A stretch of 64,000 nucleotides of DNA, taken from the NCBI GenBank assembly GCA_965112155.1, contig OZ218115.1. One strand, given 5' to 3'. How positions within the stretch are numbered: position 1 is the stretch's first letter; the number at the start of each line of letters is the position of its first letter. This DNA is from Podarcis liolepis. Its lineage: Eukaryota. Both the position numbers and the translations under genes were made by a program. Under the pieces are notes generated by a model that had not been told where the DNA came from, made no database searches, and was given only the letters and a program-made list of their open reading frames with translations. Shown here in pieces: positions 37,863 to 52,346 of the stretch.

Positions 37863-38064
37863 AGTTCAGGGCTGCTGTGGACTATGCAGTGTCCACACTA
37901 CGTTCAGCATCAGTATGGCAAGCCGAGGTATGCCAGATTGCCCAAGGAGAGGCGAACTGGTCCCGGTTGGATACGGAGCAGGTAAAAACTCCCGTGCCAA
38001 TCAGTAGTGGGACTGCGCTTGTGAATAGCTGCTGTAACATTACCTGGGCAAGGCAGTGAAACCC
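37863..38064 (+). pseudogene. RN7SL: 7SL (SRP) RNA retro-pseudogene lacking the 5' Alu domain
   Basis: Colinear with the vertebrate 7SL S-domain and 3' end (GTGTCCACACTACGTTCAGCATCAGTATGG; CGGAGCAGGTAAAAACTCCCGTGC; TCAGTAGTGGGA; TGTGAATAGC; CCTGGGCAA). Helix-8 GAAA loop changed to GATA. Confidence 0.92.
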
Positions 38065-40911
38065 AGAATTGTGATTACTTTCAAAGGGGAAAAAGTGAAT
38101 AAAGGGAAATGGTGGCAGTAGTTGTGGAGAAGGCAGTACATGTTTGGTCTTCAAAACCATACCCACCCTTTTTTCTTCCCTTGCTCACATTTTGATTAAG
38201 ATCCTCCATAAAGAACAGTAGTTGAAAACTCAGAAGTTTGTTCATTACGCTGTGAGATTTTAGCAGTATTAATAAAGTTGTTATCCTACTGTGACTTTCA
38301 GATTTTTCTAATGGACCACTGTGGGTTACCTATGCTTTTTGTGCACTCTGGTGAATATCAAATTTTGTTATCCAAAAGAGAGGTCTTAGAACTATAAATA
38401 AATTTATCTACTACCACCTGAAGATGGAAGTTTACTTTGAAGGGGTTGCATGCTCGCAACCACTAAACAATATTCTGCTTGGCTGCTTTGGACTATTTTT
38501 ACCTGGTGCTTCAAAATTAATCTCCAGCTTGGCTGATATAAAAAATACAATGTTTTTCTTTACTTAATTTACTTCTGCTTTCTGTCTCACAAGAGAAAAG
38601 AAACCCTTGTGCTCTACTTGGTGCTGGTGAAAGGTCTGAGTGACTGCTGGCTTTAATAGTTTCAATTTAAAGACTACAGCCATTATTTTTCTTGGTTCCA
38701 GCAACACTTAGGTCCCATCTACATCATACATTTAAAGCACATCTTCTGCAAGAATCCTGGAAACTGTGGTTTATTTAAGGGTGCTGGGAATTGTAGCTCT
38801 CTCTGGGGTAAACTACTTTCCCCAGGATTCCTTTCTTTAGGGATGGGGCTTTGGTGTATGGTGTGTATGCACCTTGGCATGACCTTGAAGCTGTTTTGCT
38901 CCAAAGGGAGACTTGTTTAATTAAGGCTGTCAAACACCTGCATTATTTGTACAGTCCATCTTAATGCACTGCAGACTTTGGGCCTTAAATGTCATACCAC
39001 TTCCCCCCTCTATATCCCATCCTCATTTTTCTTAACATCCAGTCTGATAAAGTGTTGTGGAGAACTTGAAAGATGGTTCACTATTTGTAACATTTTTGCC
39101 GCTCCTAATAGAACCTGTATTAGCCTGTTTTTGAATCAGAATTAGTGTCTTAACAGGTTTGTGTTACAATGCCTCTGCCCCAAAACAATAAACCTAGCAA
39201 AGAGATGCCCTTATGCCTGCAGGTCTTGTTCTCAGTCTACTTTTAAAGTTCACTTTATTGCATGCACAACACAAGTTATTTTTAAAAACACATGCCATTT
39301 CTACTTCAATACAAACTTATCAAAGGAGCTAAAATGTGAAGAATTAACTACAGCTCCCTCTTAGATTGGGAACAAAACATCAAGCTGTCACAAGCTGAAT
39401 GACATCCAAAACTCTTTAAAGGGATATTGTCAGGGAAGAGAGAAGACACAATATTAGAACTAGTCGTTTTTTGAGGGGGGCAGGGAGAGTGAACTTTATG
39501 TACAAACAAAACATCAGTGATGGAGCCACTCTGGAAATACATTTCCTGCATTAATGTTTGAATTACTCTCTAGTGGAGCTTGGGGGGGGGGGGGAAACAT
39601 TTCTTCAAATTTGTCTTGGAAAACAGCTGTGTCCAGTGTTGTTTGGCTGCTGACCTTTGATGTCATGAACCAACCTCCCCCTTTTTCAAAGAAAAAGAGA
39701 TTGCTTTATAAAAACACATGAATGAAAATTTAATTGAATAAATGCACATGTAAAGCTTCAGAAAAAAAGAAAGCACACAACCTGTCTAAAAAGGGGGGGG
39801 GGAGGAGAGAGGCTGAACTACTAACTGAATTAGCATTTATATTGCTGGTAGGTCTGTCTGTCACATACCTTATGAAGGTGGGAGGATGCCAGGCTCACTA
39901 CAGGAGAAAAATCCTGCTGAGACCCCTCCTTTAACATTTCATTTGTACACAGCTTTCAAAAGCATCATTTTAATTACAAATTAACTGCTTCCATTTTTGC
40001 ACCTCTCTCCTCATCCTGTGTTTACAGAAAGAGCTGAAATTTCACTTGCAGGATGCATTGTTTTCTCTTGTATGTTTTTTTTTAAAAAAAATCTTTTGAT
40101 TATTGATAAAGCAGCGATTTTGTAGCTGTGCTTCATTCTGTCACACATCCAGGTATGGGTTTTCTCAGTGTCCTTTAGTGACTGAAGAGGCAAGCAAGTA
40201 TGTAGCTGGAATAAAAGGGGCAATAGGGATGTAGGCAGCAAAGGGAGAGGAAAAGATAACAGCTGGTGATGTTCATTAAAGCAACAAGGTTATCCCTGTA
40301 CAACAGGTTTCTCAGACTGAGGGTCAAATAAGACAATACTTGAAATTGGCTAGTGCATTTAGTGTTTCTGATTTTTCATATGTGGGAAGGGTTGGTTACT
40401 ACAATATGCATACGGGTTTGTGTTTCTTTAATGCTTTTTCTTTGCATTGTTGTCTTGTCAAAAACTAACCTCTCCTGAAGCTGTTTATTGCCTGCAAGGG
40501 GACCTTGGAGCTATATAGCAGGTTGTATCTCAGAATTAACTTTCTGAGATAAACTGTTTTCCAGGACCCTGGAAGTTTCTGGTGTGTGGTGTTAGTTTCC
40601 CAGCTTGAAATAGCTGTAGCTCCCTCTTTCAACTAGTAGCAATGGTATTTCAGGGAGTAGGAAATTGCTTGTGATGTAGGTTCCCTTTCTGTGGTGCTCT
40701 AATCAGGGTACAGAAGTAGCAGCTACACTTTTCATCCCTGAACCACCTTTGCCTCCAGATATCTTTCTGTAGTTGTCTTCATTCATCATTGGGCTCTGTT
40801 GCATTCGCCTCTTTACTATATTGTGAGTGTATACATAAACTTCTGTGGAAAATTCAAGGCAAAAACTTACGTAGAAAGTGTAGACAGAAATCTTCTATTC
40901 CAACTGCACAC

Positions 40912-41433
40912 TAGGGGTGGGCAATAACAGATTTTCAACATTGTGATATATTACCAGCCAAACATTGCAGTCTGGCGGTATACCACGATGTTGAAAAAAC
41001 AAGCTGCATTGGTCTCAGCCTGCAAGGCACCAGGTGAAATTGCCATACTTCTCACTGCAGGAGCTGAGGCAGTTTCACCCCAGCACCTAGCAGGCTGGGA
41101 CAACACAGCTTGTTTGTATGGCTCAGCCGGGCTGCAGGAGGGCTCCTGATCCCCAGCTGAGACATCCCAGTACGAGCGGGGAGAGCACCGGGGCTCCTTT
41201 GCGTGTCTCTGCTGGGGATCAGGAGGGCTCAACACCACAGAGCCATCCCTGGTGTGTCCCCCCCCCCCGTGTCAGTGCTGGATCGGGGGGTCCTTTAACT
41301 GCTTGGAAGTCGCTAGCAGAGGGACTCAGGAATGTGGGGGTTTCACCAGCGATATACCGCTGAGTGAAGCCAGCATCATGGTCTGCTCCTCATACCGGTC
41401 CTGGGTGAAATATTGATATATTGCCCAGGCATA
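40912..41433. mobile_element. Non-autonomous hAT element (same family as 59994-60858)
   Basis: TAGGGGTGGGCAATA / TATTGCCCAGGCATA ends. 8-bp TSD CTGCACAC / CTGTGCAC, both explicable as CpG decay of CTGCGCAC. Confidence 0.8.
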
Positions 41434-43365
41434 CTGTGCACCAATTTAATTGTTTAATTGCGAGCCTGTTTGAATCTAAACCAAGTTGGGCTTCATTTGT
41501 AGCTAGCTGGAAAGCAAGTAAAAGGGCTTGATTTTGAGTCAGTCTATGTAAGTGTCAGCTCCGTGACACAAGGTTTATTACTTTACATCTGTTCTGCCTG
41601 CCTGCATGCAGACAAGGGAGAGAAGTTATATTGTTGTCTTGCCCTGGGCTGTTTTTCATTGCATTCCTGTGACTAAAGCCTGTAGTGTGGGAATGTCTTT
41701 CTGCCCATGAGTTAGACATGGGATTTTTAACCTAAGTCAGTTTCAGAATATCTCTGCCTGACCAGTAGATTTAGAACAGTTTTGCCCTGCCTTTTCGTAG
41801 AGGCTCAAAGTAGCTTTCTAGTGTGCTATTGTAATCCTTTCCCTGTAATGATTTCTAGCCCCTAGTGGAATAGAGTGTTTCTGGAAAGGAAAATCTTAAA
41901 TTAGCCTTCAGTGTTGTGAATAGCATAGATATTTGTAAGTAAATTGTGGCTTCTAGCAACATGATGGAATGCATTTTGGGGAGGGAACTCCATGACATGT
42001 AGCATATTGCCATAATTTTAGACATTCTTTTGTGAAGTGCCATGCTTTAATGCACACATATTGCTCTATTGCATTACAAATACATCCCCTTAAATGTGCA
42101 AATTTACACCCTTAAACATGAAAGCTGAAATGGCAGGTGGCTATTTCCTGATTTATCATTCAGATATACAGGGGGCATTAAATACCTTTATGTGGCTTCA
42201 ACTGGTATTTCTTGTTGGAAAGATTAAAATGTAAGAGGAGGGGTTGGTGGACTGGCATTGCACTATGATGAGTATGACTGAAGGAAGAAGTGAACTGGAA
42301 GTTCTCATTTGTTCTGAAAGTGGATGGAAGATGTGCAGGTAGATTAAATGAATGTAGCAGAAGTAGTCTCATTAAATGAGAGTTCATCAATCTATTGTTT
42401 CAACAGTAGGTCACAATAGAAAACAAAAAGTAAATAATTACAGAAATAAAACATTTCCTTGAACTGACATTTGTGCAGGAAAAATAAAAAGATGATGTTC
42501 ACAAAATGCAGGAAAGAGCAGCGTGCTGGGGGAAAAAATGGCCAAATTTTGATAATTGTGTATGGATGATTTTTTTTAGGATAGTTTGTATATACAAATC
42601 TCAAAAGAATGTAGTTTTTTAGCCTAAGATCAAAGAACATATTCTATCATAAATTGTACCAATTTGTATCTCAAATGTGTTTTGAAAACAGTTGCTGGAG
42701 ATGGGCAGAGCAATCCTATACAGTATACCAATTATGTGGTGGTGGGAATATTGTGGTGGAACAGCATGCTGTATGTGTTCAGCCTGGGAGGAGAAAATAG
42801 TCGCAGAATACAAAAAGGCTTAAAAATAGCAGGCATCCCTGGAACGCCCATCAATAGGGGTGTTGGCTATAACATACATCCCTTTGCTGCCCACATTTGG
42901 AGCGAACCAGTTAGCTTATGATGACTGAGACACATGTCTTTGCATCATCATGCAACACACATGGTGATGCCAGAGCACCCCCAATCCATCAGCTTCAGTA
43001 GCCTGATCAGCAAGGAAATGTTACTGGTGCCCTCTATAACTACTGGTTTGGAGCAAAATGTGCTCTGCCTGAGGAGGGGACTGTAGTGACTTGTGAGTAT
43101 CCATATCCCTTCCCCTTTGGAGTTGCATTTGAGGTGTATGTGCAGTGGTAGTGATAGTTTGTTCTGTTCCATGCATCCTAGCTTTGATCCTGCAGGGAAA
43201 AAGCATGAGCATTTGGCTAGCAATGACAGTGAGTGGAGTGGAGTGTGCGGCTTGTACCAACAGAGAACTTGCTCTGTTGGGGTGGGGCAGGAAGTCTGTC
43301 TCCTTTGTGTGGGAGAAATACTTCTCCCACTGTTGGGGGTGGGAGGAAAAAGCAATGCTTCAGAC

Positions 43366-43530
43366 AAGAACATAAGAATAGCCAACCTATGGGAAGTTCA
43401 CAAGAAAGACCTGAGCATAACAGCACTCTCCCCACTTGTGATGCCCAGCACATTGACATTGAGAGGCATACTGCCTTCAACAGTGGTGGTAGAACACAGC
43501 CCTCATGACTAGTGGCCATTGATGACAAAA
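43366..43530 (-). mobile_element. CR1 LINE 3' fragment
   Basis: AAGAACATAAGAA tail and AGAGGCATACTGCC..CTAGTGGCCATTGAT. Confidence 0.65.
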
Positions 43531-44739
43531 TACATACGATGAAGGGGATGGGCCAAGACATAGAAAATAACTGCAGCAGTTATACTTGGTGGCATGATTG
43601 CCCACTTTATGGGATGTTCTGTCCCGACACCCCCAGTTGCAGGAGTAGGGGTGGTTGTTGGGCATTTGGGTCTGGTTTAGTAAAATAGGGGTGTTTTCAT
43701 GGCAGTGACATATCTGGTGGTGTGGTGGGGGGAAATCTACCATATCTTATAGCCTCTCGGCCATGGCTGCCATATTCCAAACAGTAAAAATCTCGACAGA
43801 AAAGTTGTTGGGCTTTCTTTTTTTGAGCTTTTGCAAAATCACATAAAAACTTGCTGTTTGGGGACTATTTTTATGGATTATGGGCAAAAATGACTTCCGA
43901 CATGGGCTGCCATACGTCCAGATTTTCCTGGACATTTTACCAACTTCCGCCCAGACACTGCTGCTGACTGCAGTATTCTGGGATATTCCAGACGTATGGC
44001 AACCCGAGAAGGATTGCTATGTTCAGAAAGAAGAAAGAAATGTCTGTGTTCTTACAAGAAAGTACTTTGGAGATTTTTAATCTGAAGGTGCCTACATTGC
44101 CTTTCTGGGCTGTGATATTATTTTGATTCTAGATGTTTACCTGCCCTTGCATTTATTTATATATATATTTATTTATTTAGATTTTATTTCTTTCAGACTG
44201 AGGGCTATACAACAGCATAGCTGTCTGCCCAGGCTGTTTTCTCTTTCGCCTCTTCTGAATACCATTCTCCCCCTGCTGCTCTGCACAACAATATTTGTTG
44301 TGTGAATGGGTTATTTGTTGTGTGGATGGGTTACTGTTGCTGAAAAGGGAAGCACAAAGGCTAAAATGTGGTTCCGGCGTTTGGGAGTGTATGTGGACAT
44401 GACAATATGGAACAATTATCTATAAACACTGGTGTCTTCATTGAGTTTTGTCTGTATTGCTGCAATTTGTATGATCACAACAAAAGGGGCTTCTGTAGTT
44501 AAATTAGAGTGACCACCTATACATTGTAGAGGGACCAGTTCCCATATCTTTGTGTGGGAGCAATCATGAGTGTGAGCAGAGTTAGAGAGAGAGATTGTAG
44601 TCTAACTCTCTTCCTGATGTGTTAAATTTTCTATTCACAGGTGTTTTATGTATGAGGGAGCATTAAAACATGCAGTTTGAAATGTGTAGTCCCTAGAGGG
44701 GTGACTATTCTGTATCTGGAGATCATCTCTAACGGAACA

Positions 44740-44921
44740 GGGGAAGGGGCTGCAACTCAGTTGTAGAACATCTGTTTTGCATGCAAAAGGTTCCATGTTC
44801 AATCTCCAGGTAGGGATGGGAATGTCCCCTGCCTGAAACATCGGAAAGCTGCTGCCAGTCAGTCTAGACAGTACTGATCTAGATGGACCAATGGTCTGAC
44901 TCAGTATAAGGCAGCTTCCTA
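44740..44921 (+). mobile_element. tRNA(Ala-like)-derived squamate SINE
   Basis: CTCAGTTGTAGAACATCTG..TTGCATGC..GTTCAATC head; CTAGATGGACCAATGGTCTGACTCAGTATAAGGCAGCTTCCTA tail. Related fragments at ~4440-4570, 61070-61180 and 63410-63478. Confidence 0.8.
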
Positions 44922-47900
44922 GCTGTGGATTATACATGTCATCTTCCTTTGCAAATATGAAAATTGGCTAACTGCACGTGTCCCATCCAGTCTTGTGTAA
45001 TTGTGGATAGGAATTAAAACATAGGGTGGGTACAATAAATGATTAACATGCCGTCATCAAGTCAAGAAAGAACATAGCTGCTGGATTGCTGATGACGTTG
45101 AGGGTGGATCCTTGAACAATGAAATGCTTACGGCCAGGGGCATTGAAACTGGCTATTGCCAGATGGATTCAGTAACTAGGAGTAAGAATTCGAACTGCAT
45201 AAACTGCTAAGATTCTCCTGTTCAAATTGGTACATCTACCAAATTATGTTCCTTCTGTTTGGTAGTCCTATCTAAATAGTTCTGAACTTGTCCATATAAT
45301 TTGGTACTAAAGGAGGCGGCGGCACAAGGAGAGTGAATCTCATGTGTTTATAAAATATGCACCAGACTATTGATTCTATATTGTAACTTCACAAAAAGGA
45401 CTTCCTGCTGTCAAATGGAAATTTGATGTTGCAGTGTTTTGCCTCAGATGACAGATTTGGCAGTCTACAGCTATTTGATGAAATAATTTCCCGGTCTGTA
45501 TTTTTTCTCTTGCACTCTTATATAAGGGGTTTATTTTGCCATCAGCAGTCTTCCTACTTGTGCTAACTTTAGGGTGCACCAAGTCAAATGTAAGTGAAGG
45601 TATGAGGTGGGGAGCATGTGAACGGCTTAAATTGAGGGGATGGAAGTCCCCAGCTATTCCTTTTTGATTATCAATATGATGAGCTGCTACCTAGTGAATA
45701 ATTTAAAATCTGTCTGTGGGCATGTTTATATTTCTGTATAAATGTATGCTGTTTACATTACTGACAGTTCACTTGGGTTTGCACCAACTCATGTAGGAAA
45801 TAGGAGGGGATGGAACTGAACTGTCAATGTAAGAAAAAAAGGGATTTTACAAGTGTTTAGAATCCCAAGATAACAGTAGGTGTAGTTTGGGTGTGCTTTT
45901 ATCTTGCTTAAAAAGTGTAATCCTTAAAATTGCTGAGCTAGATGCACTTGACACTCATTTTTTGAACCCCCCCCCCCCATGTTCTTGATTTGGTCAAATC
46001 AGGTTCCAGTTTTTTTGTCCAGGTCTTCATGGTTGAAGCATTTTCTGCTGGGAAATAAGTGTCAGTGATTACCCTTAAACTAGAACATAGATTTCTTCAT
46101 GTGTCTCTCTTTATATGCTGTCTTCCACTTCTGTAAATTCAGATGTAAATGTAAATGTAAATTCAGATGTAGTGGCAATATGAAGATGGGATTGAACAAA
46201 GCTTTTGTTGCATCAAAGAAGGGTTAATAGGATTCTAGAACACATCAAAAGCAGTATTATCAGAAAGACATTGGAAAATACTACAGTATTTTACAGAACT
46301 CTGGGGAGACTTCTGCCTTGGGCTATAGCATCTAACCTGAGGATGTTCATCTCCTATAGGGATAGACAAAATTAGAATTGTGCGACTTACTTAATTGGTG
46401 GGTTATTCAGTGCCTTGACTGTAGTCCTCAGAAAATCTGAAATCCCTACAGTTGGGAGTTTTATTCCATTGTGTTGTGTTCTTACAGTGAATGTATGATT
46501 AGTGATGTGTTTTAACATTAACAGTATAAGCTACATGTTCGCATTCTTGGTCACTCTTCTTCAGCCAACTTTTCCACCTATGTAGTGCTTTTGCCTTATA
46601 ATCAAGAGTGAATAATGATAGATTTCCTGCTACAGCAGCATGTTTGTTCCCGCTTTGTGTCTCTTCATTTGTCCACCATCCGTTGCCTATCTTTTCTTGT
46701 GAATTACCGATTACCTGTCTTGGTGGGGGATGTGCTAATGGACTGTGCTGGTGCAATTCAGCTTTATGTGCATCATTTGCATTGAAGAAGAATATTGCTT
46801 GACTTGTCAGTGACCAAGTCCTAAATATTGTCAGCGACATGCTGAGCTTCCAACACACTGGATCCAGCATAGATTATGATACTGACATTAGCTAGTGGTG
46901 GATGTCTGGAAAGGCAGAATAAGAAGAATGGATATATCATCAATGGTATTGTACAACCCAAACTTTAAAAGCCTCAGAAATAGGACTTGGATCAAGGGCT
47001 TAACATATATGGCAGCAGTGAGGTAGCTATCCTGACTTCAACAGGAAGGAGGTTCTAAAGCTTAGGGACAGTCATCGTAAAATTCTAATTCTGAGCTGCT
47101 TGCTGCAAATGGGTTCATAATGTCAGTTGCATAGCCAGTATAGAGGGGGTGGTGTACTTTTAAAGGTTTTTAAAACAGTGAGCAAAAGCAGTATGTGTTG
47201 TGGTTCACAACCTCCTCTTTTTCCGCCTCTTCATTTTAAATGAAAATGCATTAAAAGGAAGGAATCAAGGCCACCCATATGCAGAAAGATTCCTTCGCTT
47301 CAGTAAAATTGTGTCAAATGGACAATACCCAGGATTTTGACATTTTCCAACTAATAAAGTAGTTGAAATAATTTAATGTGGGTATCTAATACATGTCTGC
47401 CTTTTAATCCAATAAATCTCAGGTCTGTGTGTCTGAGAACAGTTATTCTTGGCCCCCCCTTTTAAGGGTCATCTAAGCCGATAGACTCTTAAATTATCAA
47501 ATACAATACTGCTTGAGGTTCTTTGTGTTGAAATAGGATGACTGGGTCAGTCTTAATCGGAAATAACCATGACCCGTATTACTTTATTGTGACTTCCTCC
47601 TAACCCCCAACCCCAAAATCTCTTAAAAGGATTTCCAGAAATAAGAGCCCAAAGCGTAATAGCTTGTAAGAGCCAATACAGCACACAACTTCATGGATGA
47701 TATGGACTGGAAATTGAGAAACCTATGGGCTGTGAAGTCTTACTGATATGTTACATACATGGTTTTTCTGTAATTCAGAAGCTGTCCTGGTCTTTAATGT
47801 TTGAAAGTTTTATGTGATGTAGGTTGCTGTTTTGAGTCCTGTAAAAACTAGTGTGACACTGGAACACACTGGATACTGAAGTTGATTTAGACAGGCTACT

Positions 47901-49831
47901 CTTCTCCATCATGTGCACATAGTTTATCAAATAGATGCCTCTGGTCAAAAGGATTTTGGAACCTATATAAAAACTTTCAATACATATTATCAAAGGTTGA
48001 AGTTGGATGAGTATACACATGAGCAGAGATCCTTCCTTAAAATTGCCTTTGAGTTCCTGAAAAGGTGACTGTACTTAAGCTGTAGTGGGGGAGAGAAACT
48101 GATGGCGGAGCACATGGGTGTGGGCAGGGGGGCAGCTGCCCCCCTAGATCAAGTAAAACAATAGAAATATTTAACTAGCTGACCAATCATGTCAGTTCTG
48201 CCCCCCCAGTCCTGCCCCCCCCCCCCACGGAGGAAATGGGTATGTGGTATTTCAAGAAAGGCATTTCTATCTCAGCTTTGCAGCATCATATAAAATACCA
48301 AAACACAGTGGTATTTTGATCTCTGGTGCTTTTTAGAGTTAAGCAAACAGTTTTCATATGAGAAAGGAGGCAAAAAGATTATTCTTTACACAACTCTCTC
48401 CTACAGTCTCACTGTAGAATTCACTTAGCATAGCTCTCCTCTGGTCTTGAGACATGACCCTTGGGTTTAGCAAACAGAAACTACCACAGGGAAAGAAAAG
48501 CAAAGGGTAGTGTGCTGAATGAAAGATTGATATCAATAGGTCATAGGGCCATTGTTTTGCTCAAAGGCTGCTTTAAGTATGCATTTACATTTCTGTTGAA
48601 TATTCAGTAAGCATTTTTCCCTGCTATTATGTGTGTGCTGCTAGCATCCTGGTGCTCTGAAAGAAGGGTTAAGAGTTCAGAACATAAGCAATTGATGATA
48701 AATTCCAGCCTCTTAGGGGTCTGGGTCTCCTTTCCTTGCATCTGTTTCCATTGATGCATTTGCCGCTAGAAATGAATGTATCGCGGCACACAGAAGCATC
48801 TGCATATATTTGGTTTCCCCCTACGTTGCAACCACCTCTGAATCTTTCTGAGTGTATATTTTAGTTTAATGATAGTCATGTCTCTTGACTTCTAGTCACG
48901 TGAACACATTATTTGAGGACAAAGTAGATGTAATACAGAAGATTGGTGAGTAGTAGCTCCCCAAGTGCTGAATTCCTAATATACTCTCTCCCTGCTGTTG
49001 CTCTTGACACTTATTCAAAAAACGGAGATCTAATTGAAGAATTTCTTGCATCATGTCTAGTAGGTCCATAACAGAAAGGGTGTGTGTGTGTGTGTTGCTG
49101 TAGAAAAGTGAAAGGTCTGTGGAACTTTCATCTTCGCTTGCATATGCGTTTCTTAAAGTTGTAAGCTTAAATCTGAAATTCTTTGTGGCCTTTAGGTGTT
49201 CTTGCTGCTGATTATTATTGTTGTCAAAGAAGCCTCACTTGTTTCTGACCTCGCTGAAAACACCTACATGTTGAACTGGGGTTTGCATTTGAAGCAAAAT
49301 ATTCTCCTTGATTTGTACATCCACTTTCATTCATGTCTCAGCATTTTTTATGTCTCGGTGTAAATTGAACTGTGTTCTGTACAGTATTTTCCTTCCCTGC
49401 TTAACTGGGTACAGTAGCCAAGCTGACATTCAGACAGAACTCTGCCAAAATAAACAAAAAAGGAAAAACCAACCATCCATGGAATTGCGCCCTGGATGTT
49501 TGTACCAGGTTTCATTCTAATATTGTAGCCATGAGGTGTGAAAAAGAACAACATAAATATTCAGGGAAGAAGGAACATTCTTCCTCAGGATCTTTTCAGA
49601 ATCCACTCCTCTCCCCTTCCAGGAAACTCCCATGAAATACTTTTATCTTTTGAAGTGAGTTAAATGCTTTTTGAGACAAGTTTTTATCTATATAAAAATG
49701 TTTGTACCTCATATTTTGGGAAAGGCAATCTACCGCATTTGAGAATGATAATGTGCTATTGAAAAGTGTTGTTATCCAGATTAAATTTGACATGCTGCTG
49801 GGCTCTTAGTAAAAGAACAAGTGCAATGTTC

Positions 49832-49833
<2 letters not shown>

Positions 49834-49870
<37 letters not shown>
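49834..49870. repeat. (CA)n microsatellite
   Basis: Direct inspection. Confidence 0.95.
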
Positions 49871-49871
<1 letters not shown>

Positions 49872-50329
49872 TTTAGTATGACTGTATAAGACTGCTTCTG
49901 TTGCCAGATAAAACACTTTCTTCCAATGCATGGCTTTGTTTCTATTTCCAATTCAACCCTCCTCCCCTCAACAAAGCCATTCTCAGATGGCAAAAGCTAA
50001 GATACATTTGCTTAGGTAGCATAGATACAGCCACGTGTGTGTGTGTGTTTGTGTTTGTATCTCGCTTGTATTGAATATATTCACAAGTTTGCTTAGACAA
50101 AACTAAGACATTTGTTCTTTGGAGACTGCAAGCCTATAGCGTTCTTGCTTGGGAGTAAGCACCACTAAACAGATTAGGTATGTTTTCTGAGTAAACATGC
50201 ATAGCATTGCTCTGTAAATTTAATAAATTTGCCAAGTAGGTATAATTATAGTATGCTAACTACCTTATAAATTATGCAATTTATATTAAAACAGTAAGAC
50301 AAATTTAGGTTTTATAAGAAAGGAGTGTA

Positions 50330-50685
50330 CAGTGGTGCCTCGCAAGACGAAATTAATTCGTTCCGCGAGTTTTGTCGTCTTGCGATTTTTTTCGTCTTGC
50401 GAAGCACGGTGTCGGGAAAGTTTTGGAAAAGCTTCAAAAATCACCAAAGTCTTTAAAAACCTCAAAAAAGGCTTACCACACCGCGTTCTATGAGTTGCTC
50501 CTCGAAGTCAAGTCGCAACTGTATTAACGGTGTTAAGAAAAAGGAAACAAACTTGCAAGATGTTTCCGTCTTGCGAAGCAAGCCCACAGGGAAAATCGTC
50601 TTGCGAAGCAGCTCAAAAAACAAAAAACCCTTTCGTCTAGCGAGTTTTTTGTCTTGCGAGGCATTCATCTTGTGAGGTACCACTG
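50330..50685. mobile_element. Tc1/mariner MITE (same TIR family as 3507-3911)
   Basis: TA|CAGTGGTGCCTCGCAAGACGAA ... TTCATCTTGTGAGGTACCACTG|TA. Confidence 0.9.
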
Positions 50686-51112
50686 TATTTCAATTTCCCT
50701 ATTTCTGTTTTCCCTGTGGCTGCAACAGTGTTACATCTTTAGTTGTAACGCTAACCTTTATTAACAAAGTGTCAAAATGGTGAGTTAAACCAAAGGCCTT
50801 ATGTCACTAGGCCAATAAACTGTTTCAGCCTTAACAAACTGCCTTTTCCTGCTTGCCCCCTTTCCCTTCTTAGAATCTTCTGACATTGCAGCTTTGCAAG
50901 GTCCCTTCTCCACTTACCATGTAGCACCTGCATTTCCTCTTGTCGGACGCATGTACAAGCACATACACAAATACAGTCATTTGATCAGCTGAGGCACTGG
51001 GGCCATACATATCTGCTGCCCACACAACTCCTGCTCCTGCTCTCTCCCCCCAGCTTGTTTTGATCTTCTGCAGAGGTGCAATGTGATTGTTGATGCTGTT
51101 GCTGTTTGTTTG

Positions 51113-51302
51113 TTTATCACATTTACATACCACCTTTATCTTCCAAGACTTTCAGGGTGGTGTGCATGGTTCTCCTCCTCATTTCATCCTCACAACAACC
51201 TTGTGACTGGCTCAAGGTTACCTAATGAGCTTCGTGGCTGAGTGGGGATTCAAATCTTACTCTCCCAGGTCCTAGTACAACATTCTAGTACTCTACACTG
51301 GT
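51113..51302 (-). mobile_element. MIR-like/CORE SINE
   Basis: ATCCTCACAACAACC..GCTCAAGGTTACC..GAGCTTCGTGGCTGAGTGGGGATTCAAA. Confidence 0.7.
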
Positions 51303-52346
51303 TCTTCAGAGTGCTTGGGACAGTGTAAATGGTCTCATATTATCATTGGAACAGCCCCATGAACTAGGCTAGAGAGGAGAGATGGGGATTTGCCCAAGGC
51401 CCACCCTGCTTCAGAACTGGTAGAGAAGAGTGGGGTTTGGGTCATCACTCTCCCTTTTAAAAGTCTGATCCACATAATCTGTGACACATTGACAGACATG
51501 GGTTGAAGATGGGGTTGCATTCACTCTGTGAAGATAAGCCATGACCACCCAAATCTTTCTGCAGCATCATAGCTTCCTTGTCTCTGTGTATATTAATAAC
51601 TTCAAGTATGCTAAGATAACAGTTTGATTTAGATTGGAATCATTTGTGGTGGGGGAAAAATATGTAGTATGGAAAGTGTCTGCACTTCTGAAAAGCACGC
51701 CGCCAAGAATGATCTGTTAGTAGGGAAGGGGAGAAAAACAAGAATTCACTTTCAGTTGAGCCAACTAGGATTGTTTTGTTGTTACTGGTGTAATTTATGC
51801 TCTTTGTAAATTTTGAAGTGCACCTAAACTGGGAGGCTGTGTTGTTGTTTATATACATATATACTAGGAGTACAGATTCCAGGATTCTTGTACTTCCTTT
51901 CAAACCCAGCCATTGTATCTGTTAAAATCTGGCTTGAGTCAGACTGAGCCTCTTTGCCAAAATTCCTATCCAAAGGAGCCAAGTTCCTACTTTTTTTTTT
52001 GTAAAACTTCTTGGTAATATAATTTTACAGTCACAGCAGTTTACAGTTTCATTCCTACTGTGATATGTCTTATAGCTCTATTGGCAGGATTGGGAACCAA
52101 CAGGAGAGTTACCCACAATGAGAGTTGATAATATAAAAATAAATTAGGGGGGGTTACAGCTTTGTCTATTTGTCAATCTGTTTATGTCAAAATACTCCTG
52201 CCACTGTTTCATAAGCAGCAGTATACTAGTTGCTGATAAAATTCCTTTGGGATCCACTGTCCTTCCCTCTCATAGTGACTCAGAAAGAATTACAGTGCCA
52301 AAGGCAAGTCAGTGGGGCTGGTAGCTAAGTGGTAGAGCCACTAGGA

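Noticed and set aside
37863-38064. Functional 7SL gene
   Set aside because: The 5' Alu domain and T-run terminator are missing and helix 8 is mutated.
46600-46800. Octamer ATTTGCAT and Sox-like CTTTGT motifs as an intronic enhancer
   Set aside because: Such short motifs are expected by chance, and conservation cannot be assessed from this sequence alone.
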